Origin: Chthonomonas calidirosea
GTDB lineage: Bacteria; Armatimonadota; Fimbriimonadia; Fimbriimonadales; Fimbriimonadaceae
NCBI GenBank assembly: GCA_945859975.1
Contig: CAMAPH010000003.1
Coordinates: 32,001-96,000, forward strand
DNA: 64,000 nt
Direction: 5' to 3'
The notes under the pieces are model-generated. The model ran no database searches. It was not told the DNA's origin and saw only the letters and a program-made list of their open reading frames with translations. Made by a program: the position numbers and the translations under genes. The stretch's first letter is position 1; the number at the start of each line of letters is the position of its first letter. Shown piece after piece: positions 9,883 through 18,443 of the stretch.

Positions 9883-9890
9883 AAACCCAG

Positions 9891-9924
9891 ATCGCGAACA
9901 ATCGAAAACATTGTTCGCGATTTT
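9891..9924 (+). terminator. Probable intrinsic terminator after the YceI operon
   Basis: Perfect 12-bp stem ATCGCGAACAAT/ATTGTTCGCGAT followed by a T run. Confidence 0.6.
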
Positions 9925-9935
9925 CACTAAGACCC

Positions 9936-9965
9936 TTGACGTGAGCGCGAAAATATCGCCATAGT
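9936..9965 (+). promoter_or_regulatory. Sigma70-like promoter for the old yellow enzyme gene
   Basis: TTGACG, 18-nt spacer, CATAGT; ends 14 nt before the ATG at 9980. Confidence 0.5.
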
Positions 9966-9979
9966 TCCAAAAAGATACT

Positions 9980-11056
9980 ATGCAACTTTCCGAAACTGCA
10001 CCGTTGTTCTCCACCGTTAAGTTTGGATCCATCGAGCTAAAGAATCGCCTTGTGATGGCTCCGATGACGCGAAGCCGTGCCGACGCCGACGGAATTCAAA
10101 CTCCTCTTGCGGCCACCTACTACTCTCAACGTGCCGAAGCCGGTCTCATCATCACCGAAGCGACCGCCGTCACCAAGCAGGGCTCGGGCTACCCGGTCAT
10201 TCCAGGCATTTGGAACGACACGCAAGTTGAAGCCTGGAAGCCAGTTGCCGATGCCATTCACGCCAAGGGTGGGCTGGCCTTCCTCCAGATCTTCCACACC
10301 GGACGAATCGCCCATAGCACCCTCGTCGGCGAAACCCCGGTCGCCCCTAGCGCGATTGCCCCGAACGGCGAAACCATGACGGCAGCCTTCGCAAACGAGA
10401 CCTTCGAGACCCCACGTGAGCTCAAGACCGAAGAAATCCCCGCGATCGCCGAGGCCTTTGGCATCGCAGCCAAGAACGCCATCGCCGCCGGTTTTGATGG
10501 CGTCGAAATCCATGGCGCCAACGGCTACCTCATCGACCAGTTTCTTCGCGATGGTTCGAACAAGCGAACGGACGCCTACGGAGAAGATCGCACCCTATTC
10601 CTCAAGCAGGTTCTGGACTCGGTCATCGGCGCAATCGGCGCCGAAAGAGTTGGCGTTCGGCTTTCCCCTTGGACTCCGTTTAACTCGATGAGCGACTCAG
10701 ACCTGGAAGCAACGTTCCGCAAAGCCGCAACAGCCCTTGCCGGCCGCGGCCTCGCATATCTCCATATCCTGAACGGCGGCAACGACAACCGACCATCGGC
10801 CGAAGCCCTCGCCCTTGAGCTCGCCGAAATTGCGGGCCTCCCGCTCATCATCAACGGCGGCTACGACGGTGCAGCGGCAAACGCCGCCATAGAGAAGGGG
10901 ATTGCGGCTGTCGCCTTCGGCATCCCGTTCCTCGCCAACCCAGACCTAGTCAAGCGCATGGAGAAAGGCGCCGAGCTCAACGCACCCGACTTCGCCACCT
11001 TCTACGTCGGCGGAGAAAAAGGCTACACCGACTACCCCGAACTCGCGACGGCCTGA
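9980..11056 (+). CDS. nemA: Old yellow enzyme / N-ethylmaleimide reductase-like alkene reductase
   Basis: NRLVMAPMTRSRA, YYSQRA, GFDGVEIHGANGYLIDQFL and GYTDYP motifs. Confidence 0.9.
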   Translation: MQLSETAPLFSTVKFGSIELKNRLVMAPMTRSRADADGIQTPLAATYYSQRAEAGLIITEATAVTKQGSGYPVIPGIWNDTQVEAWKPVADAIHAKGGLAFLQIFHTGRIAHSTLVGETPVAPSAIAPNGETMTAAFANETFETPRELKTEEIPAIAEAFGIAAKNAIAAGFDGVEIHGANGYLIDQFLRDGSNKRTDAYGEDRTLFLKQVLDSVIGAIGAERVGVRLSPWTPFNSMSDSDLEATFRKAATALAGRGLAYLHILNGGNDNRPSAEALALELAEIAGLPLIINGGYDGAAANAAIEKGIAAVAFGIPFLANPDLVKRMEKGAELNAPDFATFYVGGEKGYTDYPELATA

Positions 11057-11065
11057 CCGAACAAC

Positions 11066-11090
11066 GGCCGACTGGGCGCACCAGTCGGCC
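11066..11090. terminator. Hairpin between convergent genes
   Basis: GGCCGACTGG-gcgca-CCAGTCGGCC perfect 10-bp stem; no clear U-tract. Confidence 0.5.
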
Positions 11091-11093
11091 AGA

Positions 11094-11936
11094 TCACTCT
11101 GGATCGTATGGAATCGAACTAGGCATCAGCAGCGCCGACTCTTGCCGTGCCGCATTTAGCAGCCTCCGAATTGGCTGAACCACATGATGGTTCTCGAACT
11201 CAGTTGCCGTCAGGGTGGACAACTGCCAAGCTGGACCGACAAGAATTTGATTCACCGCCAGAGACTTGTTCTCAATCAGATCGACGTACTGGGATATGCG
11301 GTCACCAACCGGTCGATATCTAACTTGGGAGGTGTCGGGAAAAACGATGACCCGGTACTCATTTTCCTGCGCAAAACCACGATGCTTGATAAAGCTAGCA
11401 GCAGCCGAAAGATACTGCTGAATGAGCAACGGATCATCAACGTCCGAAATGCTTTGAAGCACTGCCCGGGCAAACTCTTCTTGCTGCTCCTGATCGTAAA
11501 TGACCCAGCCAGAAACCGCGCTTAGCGCATGAAGACTTGCGACATCGGTCTGAATGGAGCATCCGTACCCGTTCTTTCCGTACCCCCTCCACTGTCCGAG
11601 TTCATCGGGGCTGCCGCTGAAGCTCATCTGAAACGGATCAAATTTCTGGTCTCCATTGCTATTGACGAGTTCATCGAGAACAAACGCCAAGGTCGAATCT
11701 CCGATCAGCGGTGGCCCCAACCGCACTCTCCCGAGTACTGACAGCCCAAGACGAAGTTCCTGACGATCATTTAAGAACTGGATCGGAGAGGCGTAAGCGG
11801 ACTTCCAACCGCCCCGTCCGTCGCTTCCTAACGCAGGTTGAAGAAAGTGAATGAGCGTGCCTAGCGAAGTGTAATGAGCAACGTGCGCGTGCGAACGATT
11901 CGGTAGCCGAGATTCAATGACGTTGCGGTCAAAAAT
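11094..11936 (-). CDS. DUF2971 domain protein, probably 280 aa from a non-canonical ATT start
   Basis: The frame is open upstream of the called GTG (11726) and encodes AHYTSLGTL...FLNDRQE. The core has SFS..DELGQWRGYG and KHRGFAQENEYR. Confidence 0.75.
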   Translation of the reverse strand: MFDRNVIESRLPNRSHAHVAHYTSLGTLIHFLQPALGSDGRGGWKSAYASPIQFLNDRQELRLGLSVLGRVRLGPPLIGDSTLAFVLDELVNSNGDQKFDPFQMSFSGSPDELGQWRGYGKNGYGCSIQTDVASLHALSAVSGWVIYDQEQQEEFARAVLQSISDVDDPLLIQQYLSAAASFIKHRGFAQENEYRVIVFPDTSQVRYRPVGDRISQYVDLIENKSLAVNQILVGPAWQLSTLTATEFENHHVVQPIRRLLNAARQESALLMPSSIPYDPE

Positions 11937-11938
11937 GT

Positions 11939-12169
11939 TTAGCTCTCCCCTGGCGCGAGCGCAATAATGATGCCAACATTGCTGGCCTCGTAACCAAGTG
12001 CATTCCGAACTTTATCCGTTACGTCTTTGCGACGCTCCGGAATCGGCATGTTGGCAAACCCACCCCAACGAATCACGCCGCCAATGCGATCTCCCTTGTC
12101 CGAGATGTCAATAACGACACCCGGATAAACACTCGCAATGCGTTCCTTAACTTGCTCGACCGTAACCAT
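11939..12169 (-). CDS. Small BolA-like hypothetical protein
   Basis: 76 aa; GGFANMPIPERRKDV...IIALAPGE follows the BolA F-x-G...R...V...P-x-E spacing but lacks the His residues. Confidence 0.55.
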   Translation of the reverse strand: MVTVEQVKERIASVYPGVVIDISDKGDRIGGVIRWGGFANMPIPERRKDVTDKVRNALGYEASNVGIIIALAPGES

Positions 12170-12266
12170 TGACTGTTAGACACCATTTTACGATCAATCG
12201 CGACGGAAACCAAGTAATTTCGACCCAGCGCAGAATAGCCTCGACGGCAGAGCGTAGACTCAACGA

Positions 12267-13082
12267 ATGAAGACATGGTTCATCACCGGGGCATCAACGG
12301 GCTTCGGCCGAGTCCTCGCCGAGCAGCTCATCGAATCGGGCGCGAAAGTCGTCGCCACCGCCCGAAAGCCAGAAGTTCTGGCCGAGTTCAAAGACAAAGC
12401 CCTTATCCTCCCACTTGACGTCACCCAAGAAGGCGATGTATCAAGCGCCGTGCAAGCCGCAGTCCAAGAGTTTGGCGGCATTGACGTCCTCGTGAACAAC
12501 GCAGGCTTCGGCATCGGCGGCGCGATTGAAGAAATCTCCGACGCCGACTTCCACGAGCAGTACGACACCAACGTCCTCGGCCAAATCCGGGTCCTTCGCC
12601 ACGTCGTCCCCGTGATGCGAGCCCAGAACTCTGGCACGATCCTCAACATTACGAGCGTCGTCGGACACCGATCCCCGGCCGGTCTCGGTCTATACGCTAG
12701 CAGCAAGTACGCCTTCGAAGGCATCACCGAGTCTCTCCGCAGCGAACTGAAGCCTTTCGGCATCAACGTCATCGCCGTCGCTCCGGGAGCCTTCCGAACC
12801 GACTTCGGTGGCCGCTCCTTCAAGCGCGTCGCGAACATCATCCCCGGCTACGAAGCCACCGCCGAAGGCACCCTCGAGTGGATCAAAACGAACGCTCCAA
12901 TCATGGATGGTAACCCGGTCAAGGCCGCCAAGATCATGATCCAAATGGCCGAAATGGAGAACCCTCCTCAGTTCTTCCCACTCGGAAAAGACTCCGTCGC
13001 CGGCATTCTCGACAAGCTCGACCGCGTTCGCGCCGACATCGAACAAATCCGCGCCCTCGCTGAATCCACCGACTTCGACTGA
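12267..13082 (+). CDS. Short-chain dehydrogenase/reductase
   Basis: WFITGASTGFG, NNAG and YASSK motifs. Confidence 0.93.
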   Translation: MKTWFITGASTGFGRVLAEQLIESGAKVVATARKPEVLAEFKDKALILPLDVTQEGDVSSAVQAAVQEFGGIDVLVNNAGFGIGGAIEEISDADFHEQYDTNVLGQIRVLRHVVPVMRAQNSGTILNITSVVGHRSPAGLGLYASSKYAFEGITESLRSELKPFGINVIAVAPGAFRTDFGGRSFKRVANIIPGYEATAEGTLEWIKTNAPIMDGNPVKAAKIMIQMAEMENPPQFFPLGKDSVAGILDKLDRVRADIEQIRALAESTDFD

Positions 13083-13087
13083 GCCCC

Positions 13088-15088
13088 TCAGTAAGGAAGC
13101 TTCGCCACGGCCTTGCCGATCAATGCAATCGAGATTGACAGCAGGGCCACCAGGCCCGTCCCGCAGAAGAAACCCGCAAGCAGAACCGGCGCGTACCGCG
13201 ACCAGGTCTCCGCGCCAAATCGCTTGGCCAAAAACTTCTTCCCGTACCAAGCACCCAAAAGCTGCGGCAGCGTGTTCGCGGGATACAGCCCAAGGCCGCC
13301 TGCGAACCCATAAAACGCCAGCAACGGGATCTTCAAGAACTGGCAAGCCATGAACGCCGCCACACCAAAAATCGTCCCGCCCGCGATGTACATCGGCTTA
13401 ATCGCGTTCATGAAGTGATTCCCCGTTCCGTCACCGCGTGGAACGTTTGTTTGCTGAATCACTGCCGCCAACTGAGCCTGAATTGGCCAGAACTGCTGGG
13501 CGTACGGGAACGCCGCGTTTGGCAAGGCATTGCTGTTCCAGAAGAAGCCCCAGAACACGAAGCTGCTCACCATAAAGAGCGGGAACATAACCGCTTCGGC
13601 CTTCAGGATGCTGCTCATCTTGGTCCCCGTCAGCTCAACCTCGCGGAACCGCTGAGCTACCCAACCATGGTCAACCAAGGGCACGGGGGCGTACCAAATA
13701 TCCACCTGCTGATAGCCCGAAGCCACAATGCTCCCTTCCTTTAGATAAGGGAATGAAACGCCGCGGCCCGTAAGGCCAATCATTCGCGCCGAGATATAGG
13801 AGTTGAACGGACTCCAAACTAAACCGAAGAACACGAGAATCCAGATCGGGAAGTTCGGCACCAAGACTTTGCAAAGGACAATCTGCACTAGGGTCGATAC
13901 CGCCCACGCCGCAAGCGCCGTCCAAACCGGAACGTCGCCGCGACCCGCCGGTGGAGCCAAGCTGAACCGCGACTCCGCCCGATGCTTACGCGCCGTGCGA
14001 ACCGCACCCGCGATCAAATAAATGCCAATCAGCGCGATCGCGAAGTTGATTCCGATTCCCACCGAAAGCCAGAAGTCCATGTCCACCGACAACTTGGTGG
14101 TCAAGGCGTCTGACCCGCGACGATAGCTCGGCAACATCCCCATCTTATGAAGGATAGGATTGGCCAGAATCATCCCAATCACGCTCGCCACCGCCGCCCC
14201 GGCGACAATCTCGAACGGTAAAACAAATCCAACCAGCAGATTCCCGAGGCTGAAGCTAATCCCCAGAATCGCGGCGGGAGCAAAGTTCTCAACGCTCGTC
14301 GTGAAGTCCGCAAACGGGATCGGGAAAAGCGTAATGCTCTCGCCGAGCAAAGTTCCGCTCAATACCGGAATGCCGATATAGAGCACGCCAAAGAGCAGCC
14401 CAACCACCGTGCCCGTGCTGAAAATTCCCCAGCGCCAGCTCTCTGTCCCGGCCTCCGAAAGCGCCGTCGCGCCGCTTGCAGCGACTGGCGCATAAGGGAA
14501 AGGCAACTTCTCCACGTCGCTGGTCAAGCGGAAGAGCGCATAGCCCATTCCCATCCAGCTCAAGCGTCCGCAAAGCTCACTCACGACGAGCAAAGCAATC
14601 GGCTTAAACCAATCGGGATGCCACAGCTCGCGGCGAACCACCGCTGGACTCGTAATCGCAGGAGTCGCCCAGTCCGGAATCTGCCCCTGAATCGGGGCGG
14701 CAGCCGGACTGTTACTAAAGTACGCGTTCCAAATCAGCTGAGAAAACGGCCCGCCCGCAAGCCCACGCTCGACGCTGACCACCGCCGTAAGCGAGGCTGC
14801 GATGTAGAACAGGATATAAATTTCCTGCTTGCGAAGCGGAGAATAGGATCGTCGAGCAACCTCGGCGAAGAGCACAATCGTGACCCATTCCGCGGCGTCT
14901 CCAATGCCCTGCCCGGCAACCAAGCCCAGGTACATCCCGCCCGGCAACATGAACAGCGCGATGAAAATCGCACCCAGAAGCGTCTTGAGCGTGAAGCCTT
15001 CCTCGAACTGTGGCTCGGCCTTGCGGGTCTCTTCTGCCGTAGCTTCCGAGGCCTCATCGGGCGGCAATTGGACATCGTTGTCTGCCAT
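13088..15088 (-). CDS. OPT-like (putative oligopeptide) transporter
   Basis: 666-aa polytopic membrane protein with FEEGFTLKT and EKLPFPYAP; resembles OPT-superfamily members. Confidence 0.6.
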   Translation of the reverse strand: MADNDVQLPPDEASEATAEETRKAEPQFEEGFTLKTLLGAIFIALFMLPGGMYLGLVAGQGIGDAAEWVTIVLFAEVARRSYSPLRKQEIYILFYIAASLTAVVSVERGLAGGPFSQLIWNAYFSNSPAAAPIQGQIPDWATPAITSPAVVRRELWHPDWFKPIALLVVSELCGRLSWMGMGYALFRLTSDVEKLPFPYAPVAASGATALSEAGTESWRWGIFSTGTVVGLLFGVLYIGIPVLSGTLLGESITLFPIPFADFTTSVENFAPAAILGISFSLGNLLVGFVLPFEIVAGAAVASVIGMILANPILHKMGMLPSYRRGSDALTTKLSVDMDFWLSVGIGINFAIALIGIYLIAGAVRTARKHRAESRFSLAPPAGRGDVPVWTALAAWAVSTLVQIVLCKVLVPNFPIWILVFFGLVWSPFNSYISARMIGLTGRGVSFPYLKEGSIVASGYQQVDIWYAPVPLVDHGWVAQRFREVELTGTKMSSILKAEAVMFPLFMVSSFVFWGFFWNSNALPNAAFPYAQQFWPIQAQLAAVIQQTNVPRGDGTGNHFMNAIKPMYIAGGTIFGVAAFMACQFLKIPLLAFYGFAGGLGLYPANTLPQLLGAWYGKKFLAKRFGAETWSRYAPVLLAGFFCGTGLVALLSISIALIGKAVAKLPY

Positions 15089-15154
15089 CGACGGCCTATT
15101 ATCACCTACTCCATCACCGTTGAGCAGACCCTATCCGGCTGGTACCCTCAGAAA

Positions 15155-16594
15155 GTGAGCTTATTGGCCGAAAACGCAGAAAACTCGTCGGTCAAAAGCG
15201 ATAGTTACACGAAAATCGTTTGGACCTTGGCATGGCCCGTTGTGGCCGTAAACAGCCTCCAAGTCGTCAACATCCTCTTCGATCGCCTGTTCATCGGCTC
15301 GCTCCCGGCGTCCGCTTTAACTGGGCACGGAGGCGCCACCACGGTGATGTTCCTGATGTTCTCACTGGCCGTCGCCCTGGGAACCGGAACCACCGCCATC
15401 GTCAGCCGCGCGTTCGGGGCTGGAACCCGTACCGAGTTCCGCCGGGCCAATCGCCAAGGCTTTAGGCTCTCCGTCGTCAGCGGCTTTCTCTTTGCCATCC
15501 TCACCTGGTTCGGCGCTGCGCCCGTCGCCGCCGCCGTGCTGCCCGCAACCGACCTCGATGCCCAACTCCAGATGGTGCGGTTCATCCAGACCTACTCCAT
15601 CGGATTGCCTGCGATCTTCGTGATCCAGTGTTTAGCGGGTTCGCTCCGAGGCGTCGGCGACACAAAGAGCCCGATGGTCATCACGAGTATGCAAATCGTG
15701 TTGCACCTGATCTTCAACTACCTGCTGATTTTCCCGCCGCGCCAGATGGGCTTCTTCACTTTGCCCGGCGCAAACATGGGCCTCTCCGGTGCGGGGCTTG
15801 CGCTCTCGCTTAGTGCCTGGGTTGCCGCGCTGGTCTACACGCCCTTCGTCGGAAGAACCCCGCTCGGGCCGGTTTCGAAGTTCAAACTGCCGGATCACGA
15901 CTGGGTTGTCCGAATCCTGAAGGTCGCCCTGCCTGCCTGCGTCATGTCGGTTCTGCGTGTCCTCTCGCTGACTGCCTTCACCCTCGCACTCAAGCAAGTT
16001 CCGGATGGCTCCACGGCCATCGCCGCCATGAGCATCGGCTTCGCCATCGAGAGCGTGATGTTCATGCCTAGCTTCGGCTTATCGGTTGCGGCGGGTGCCC
16101 TTGTCGGACAGAGCCTTGGAATGAAGGACCCCATCCGCGCCGAGAAGATTGGTTGGACCGCCGCGCACTGGGCCGGGGCCGTTACTCTCGCCCTCTGCGG
16201 TCCCATCTACTTCTTCTCCTTCCAAATTGCGGACCTCCTGGTCGATGGCAAGCTCGGCATTATCACCGAAGCCGCCGCCCTGCTCCGCTGGCTCTGCCTC
16301 ACCGAGGTCTTCTTCGCCTACGCCATGGTCTTGCTCGGTGCCATGCAAGGCGCGGGCGACACCGTGCGTCCGCTCTGGATCACCGTGTTCGCGCTCTGGT
16401 TCCTCCGCGTGCCGTTGGCGTTCTTCCTTGCCCTTCCGGCTGGGTTCGTCATCCTTGGCCCGATCGTTTCACCCTTTGGCGCCGGAATGGGTGCCGCCGG
16501 CGCCTGGATAGCGATGTCCTCCACCCAGCTTGTCCAGGGCATTCTCTCCGCCATCGCGTGGCAGTTCGGAAAGTGGAAGACCACGAAGGTTTAA
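15155..16594 (+). CDS. MATE family efflux transporter
   Basis: LAWPV, DRLFIG, RGVGDTKSPM, VGQSLG and GAGDT motifs. Start trimmed to GTG 15155 because the longer ORF overlaps the divergent gene. Confidence 0.9.
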   Translation: MSLLAENAENSSVKSDSYTKIVWTLAWPVVAVNSLQVVNILFDRLFIGSLPASALTGHGGATTVMFLMFSLAVALGTGTTAIVSRAFGAGTRTEFRRANRQGFRLSVVSGFLFAILTWFGAAPVAAAVLPATDLDAQLQMVRFIQTYSIGLPAIFVIQCLAGSLRGVGDTKSPMVITSMQIVLHLIFNYLLIFPPRQMGFFTLPGANMGLSGAGLALSLSAWVAALVYTPFVGRTPLGPVSKFKLPDHDWVVRILKVALPACVMSVLRVLSLTAFTLALKQVPDGSTAIAAMSIGFAIESVMFMPSFGLSVAAGALVGQSLGMKDPIRAEKIGWTAAHWAGAVTLALCGPIYFFSFQIADLLVDGKLGIITEAAALLRWLCLTEVFFAYAMVLLGAMQGAGDTVRPLWITVFALWFLRVPLAFFLALPAGFVILGPIVSPFGAGMGAAGAWIAMSSTQLVQGILSAIAWQFGKWKTTKV

Positions 16595-17097
16595 CGCTGC
16601 GTAAAGGAATAAATGCGCCAGATCAAGGCGATTGAGCCGAGCAGAATCCCCGGCAACGCCTTGTACTTATCGCCCTGCTTCCAAGAGCCCCAACCCTGCT
16701 GAATCGCTGTGATGCCCAAGAAGATGCCGCCGATGCCGATAAAGTAGCCAACGACGCAAGCGCCGAGGCCGCAAAGCAAGCTCCACCACCACAAGTTCGG
16801 ATTGCCCGACGTGTCGGGCACGTAAACCGGGTTGTGCTGCCCGGTCCGCCACGGAGCCGAAGCTGTCGGCGCGGCGCCATAAGTCGGTCCACCACCGTAC
16901 GTCGGGGCAGCCGGTGCGACCGGCAACCCGAGTTCCGGCACCTGCGAAGCCGGAATCTGCTCGTTCGTCAGCGCGTCCTCCAACATCGTCTGGGGACCAA
17001 CGCGGTTTTCCGCAATCCAAAGTTTCAGGGTCGCGATATCCGCCGGACCAAACTTGGTCCCATCGGTATGGATGACAAAAAATGCGCGTGGATTCAT
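16591..17097 (-). CDS. GYF_2-like domain membrane protein
   Basis: N-terminal DGTKFGPADIATLKLWIAENRV, a Pro-rich linker and C-terminal TM helices. Confidence 0.65.
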   Translation of the reverse strand: MNPRAFFVIHTDGTKFGPADIATLKLWIAENRVGPQTMLEDALTNEQIPASQVPELGLPVAPAAPTYGGGPTYGAAPTASAPWRTGQHNPVYVPDTSGNPNLWWWSLLCGLGACVVGYFIGIGGIFLGITAIQQGWGSWKQGDKYKALPGILLGSIALIWRIYSFTQR

Positions 17098-17211
17098 AGT
17101 CGCTCGGCAAACGCCACTGGCATTATCGCCTAAGGTTCTTCGGTAACATCCAAAAATCGCATGCCTGCAAGTTCAGGCACAAAAATTGCAAAACAAAAGT
17201 CGAAGAAGACC

Positions 17212-18342
17212 ATGGAATACACCGCCGAACTCCTCAACAAACTGGAATCAGATTTTTCGGGCTACCTCGAAGGAGACCGCGTGTCGGACTTCCTCAACAC
17301 CTACGGCATTCGTTTTGCCGCCGGGCACTGGTGCGCGGGAATGTTTGCCGACCGCTTTGCTCCGGCCGGATACAACGCCGACGATCCGACCTTCGACGAC
17401 TCCGTCGTCGCCCAAATCGCCCGCGTTCGCCAAGCCGGAATCGACGGCGTTGAGTTCCACGAAGTCGTCTTCCTCGATGATCACGGCGCACGTGATTCCG
17501 CCAAAATCGGCGCCATCACCGCCGCCCTCGCCGAGCACAAAGTCGCCCCGACCAACATGAACTTCAACACCTGGACCCATCCCAAGTTCAAGTTCGGCGC
17601 CGTCACTCACCCCGACCCCGCCATCCGCAAAGTCGCCCTCGAGCAGATCCTCCTCGGCGTCGAAATCGCGAAAGAGATCGGCTGCGTCAGCTGCGGCTAC
17701 TGGCCCGGCTCCGATGGCTGGGACTACCATTTCGAAGTCGATTACGGCCAGCGGCTGCGCTGGTTCATCGACGCCTGCACCGAAATCGCCGCCAAGTGCG
17801 ATAGCCTCGGCCTTCAGTTCGGCACCGAGCCTAAGCAGAAGGAACCACGGGAGATGAACATGATCACCAACACCGTGGCCAAAGCCGCCCTCGTGTGCCT
17901 GGAAGTCAACCGAACCCTCGGCAAAACCGTCATGGGCGTCGCCATCGACTACGGCCACGAGCAAATGGTCGGCAACACCCCCGCCGATTCGCTCTACACC
18001 CTCAAAACCTTCGGCCTGCCCATCGCCAACTTCCACATCAACGGCGCGAAATACAACTCGAACGACGAAGACCGCATCGCCGGCACCGACGACATCTGGC
18101 GCCTCGTCGAGTTCTGCTACGCCGCCATCGACACCGGCTATTCCGGCTGGTACGGCGAAGACCAGTTCACCTACCGAACCGAACAAGTCGAATCCATGGC
18201 CCTCTCACGCGAATTCTTCGCCAACTGCATGAAGAAGGCGCTCATGATCTACGCTCAAAAGCCGGAGCTTCAGGCGGCGCAAGCAACGGGGAACGCAGCG
18301 AAGACAATCAACCTGGTGAAGCGGGTGATCTATAACGGCTAA
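17212..18342 (+). CDS. Xylose-isomerase-like TIM-barrel sugar isomerase
   Basis: WPGSDG, EPKQKEP, DYGHEQM and HING...DEDR metal-binding motifs. ATG at 17212 preferred. Confidence 0.85.
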   Translation: MEYTAELLNKLESDFSGYLEGDRVSDFLNTYGIRFAAGHWCAGMFADRFAPAGYNADDPTFDDSVVAQIARVRQAGIDGVEFHEVVFLDDHGARDSAKIGAITAALAEHKVAPTNMNFNTWTHPKFKFGAVTHPDPAIRKVALEQILLGVEIAKEIGCVSCGYWPGSDGWDYHFEVDYGQRLRWFIDACTEIAAKCDSLGLQFGTEPKQKEPREMNMITNTVAKAALVCLEVNRTLGKTVMGVAIDYGHEQMVGNTPADSLYTLKTFGLPIANFHINGAKYNSNDEDRIAGTDDIWRLVEFCYAAIDTGYSGWYGEDQFTYRTEQVESMALSREFFANCMKKALMIYAQKPELQAAQATGNAAKTINLVKRVIYNG

Positions 18343-18365
18343 TGCCGTAGAATAACCGCTGCGCT

Positions 18366-18443
18366 ATGGCCGAAACCTTTGAGTTCGAGATGTTCCTGAG
18401 CCATAGCAACCACGATGCCCTGGCCGAACGGCTTCGACAATGA
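18366..18443 (+). pseudogene. TIR-domain N-terminal remnant (25 aa)
   Basis: MAETFEFEMFLSHSNHDALAERLRQ* resembles the start of TIR_2 domains (xDVFLSHSxxD...LAERLR). Its TGA overlaps the WD40 ATG (ATGA). Confidence 0.65.

Noticed and set aside
14618..15154. N-terminal extension of the MATE ORF (likewise the extensions of ORFs 30276-30749, 42589-44622, 44324-46081 and 61121-62191)
   Set aside because: These overlap real neighbouring genes and lack family-like sequence; internal starts fit better.
17248..18186. Long antisense ORFs over the isomerase and other high-GC genes (e.g. 51403-52467, 39071-39907)
   Set aside because: Expected by-products of strong codon bias; no recognisable motifs.
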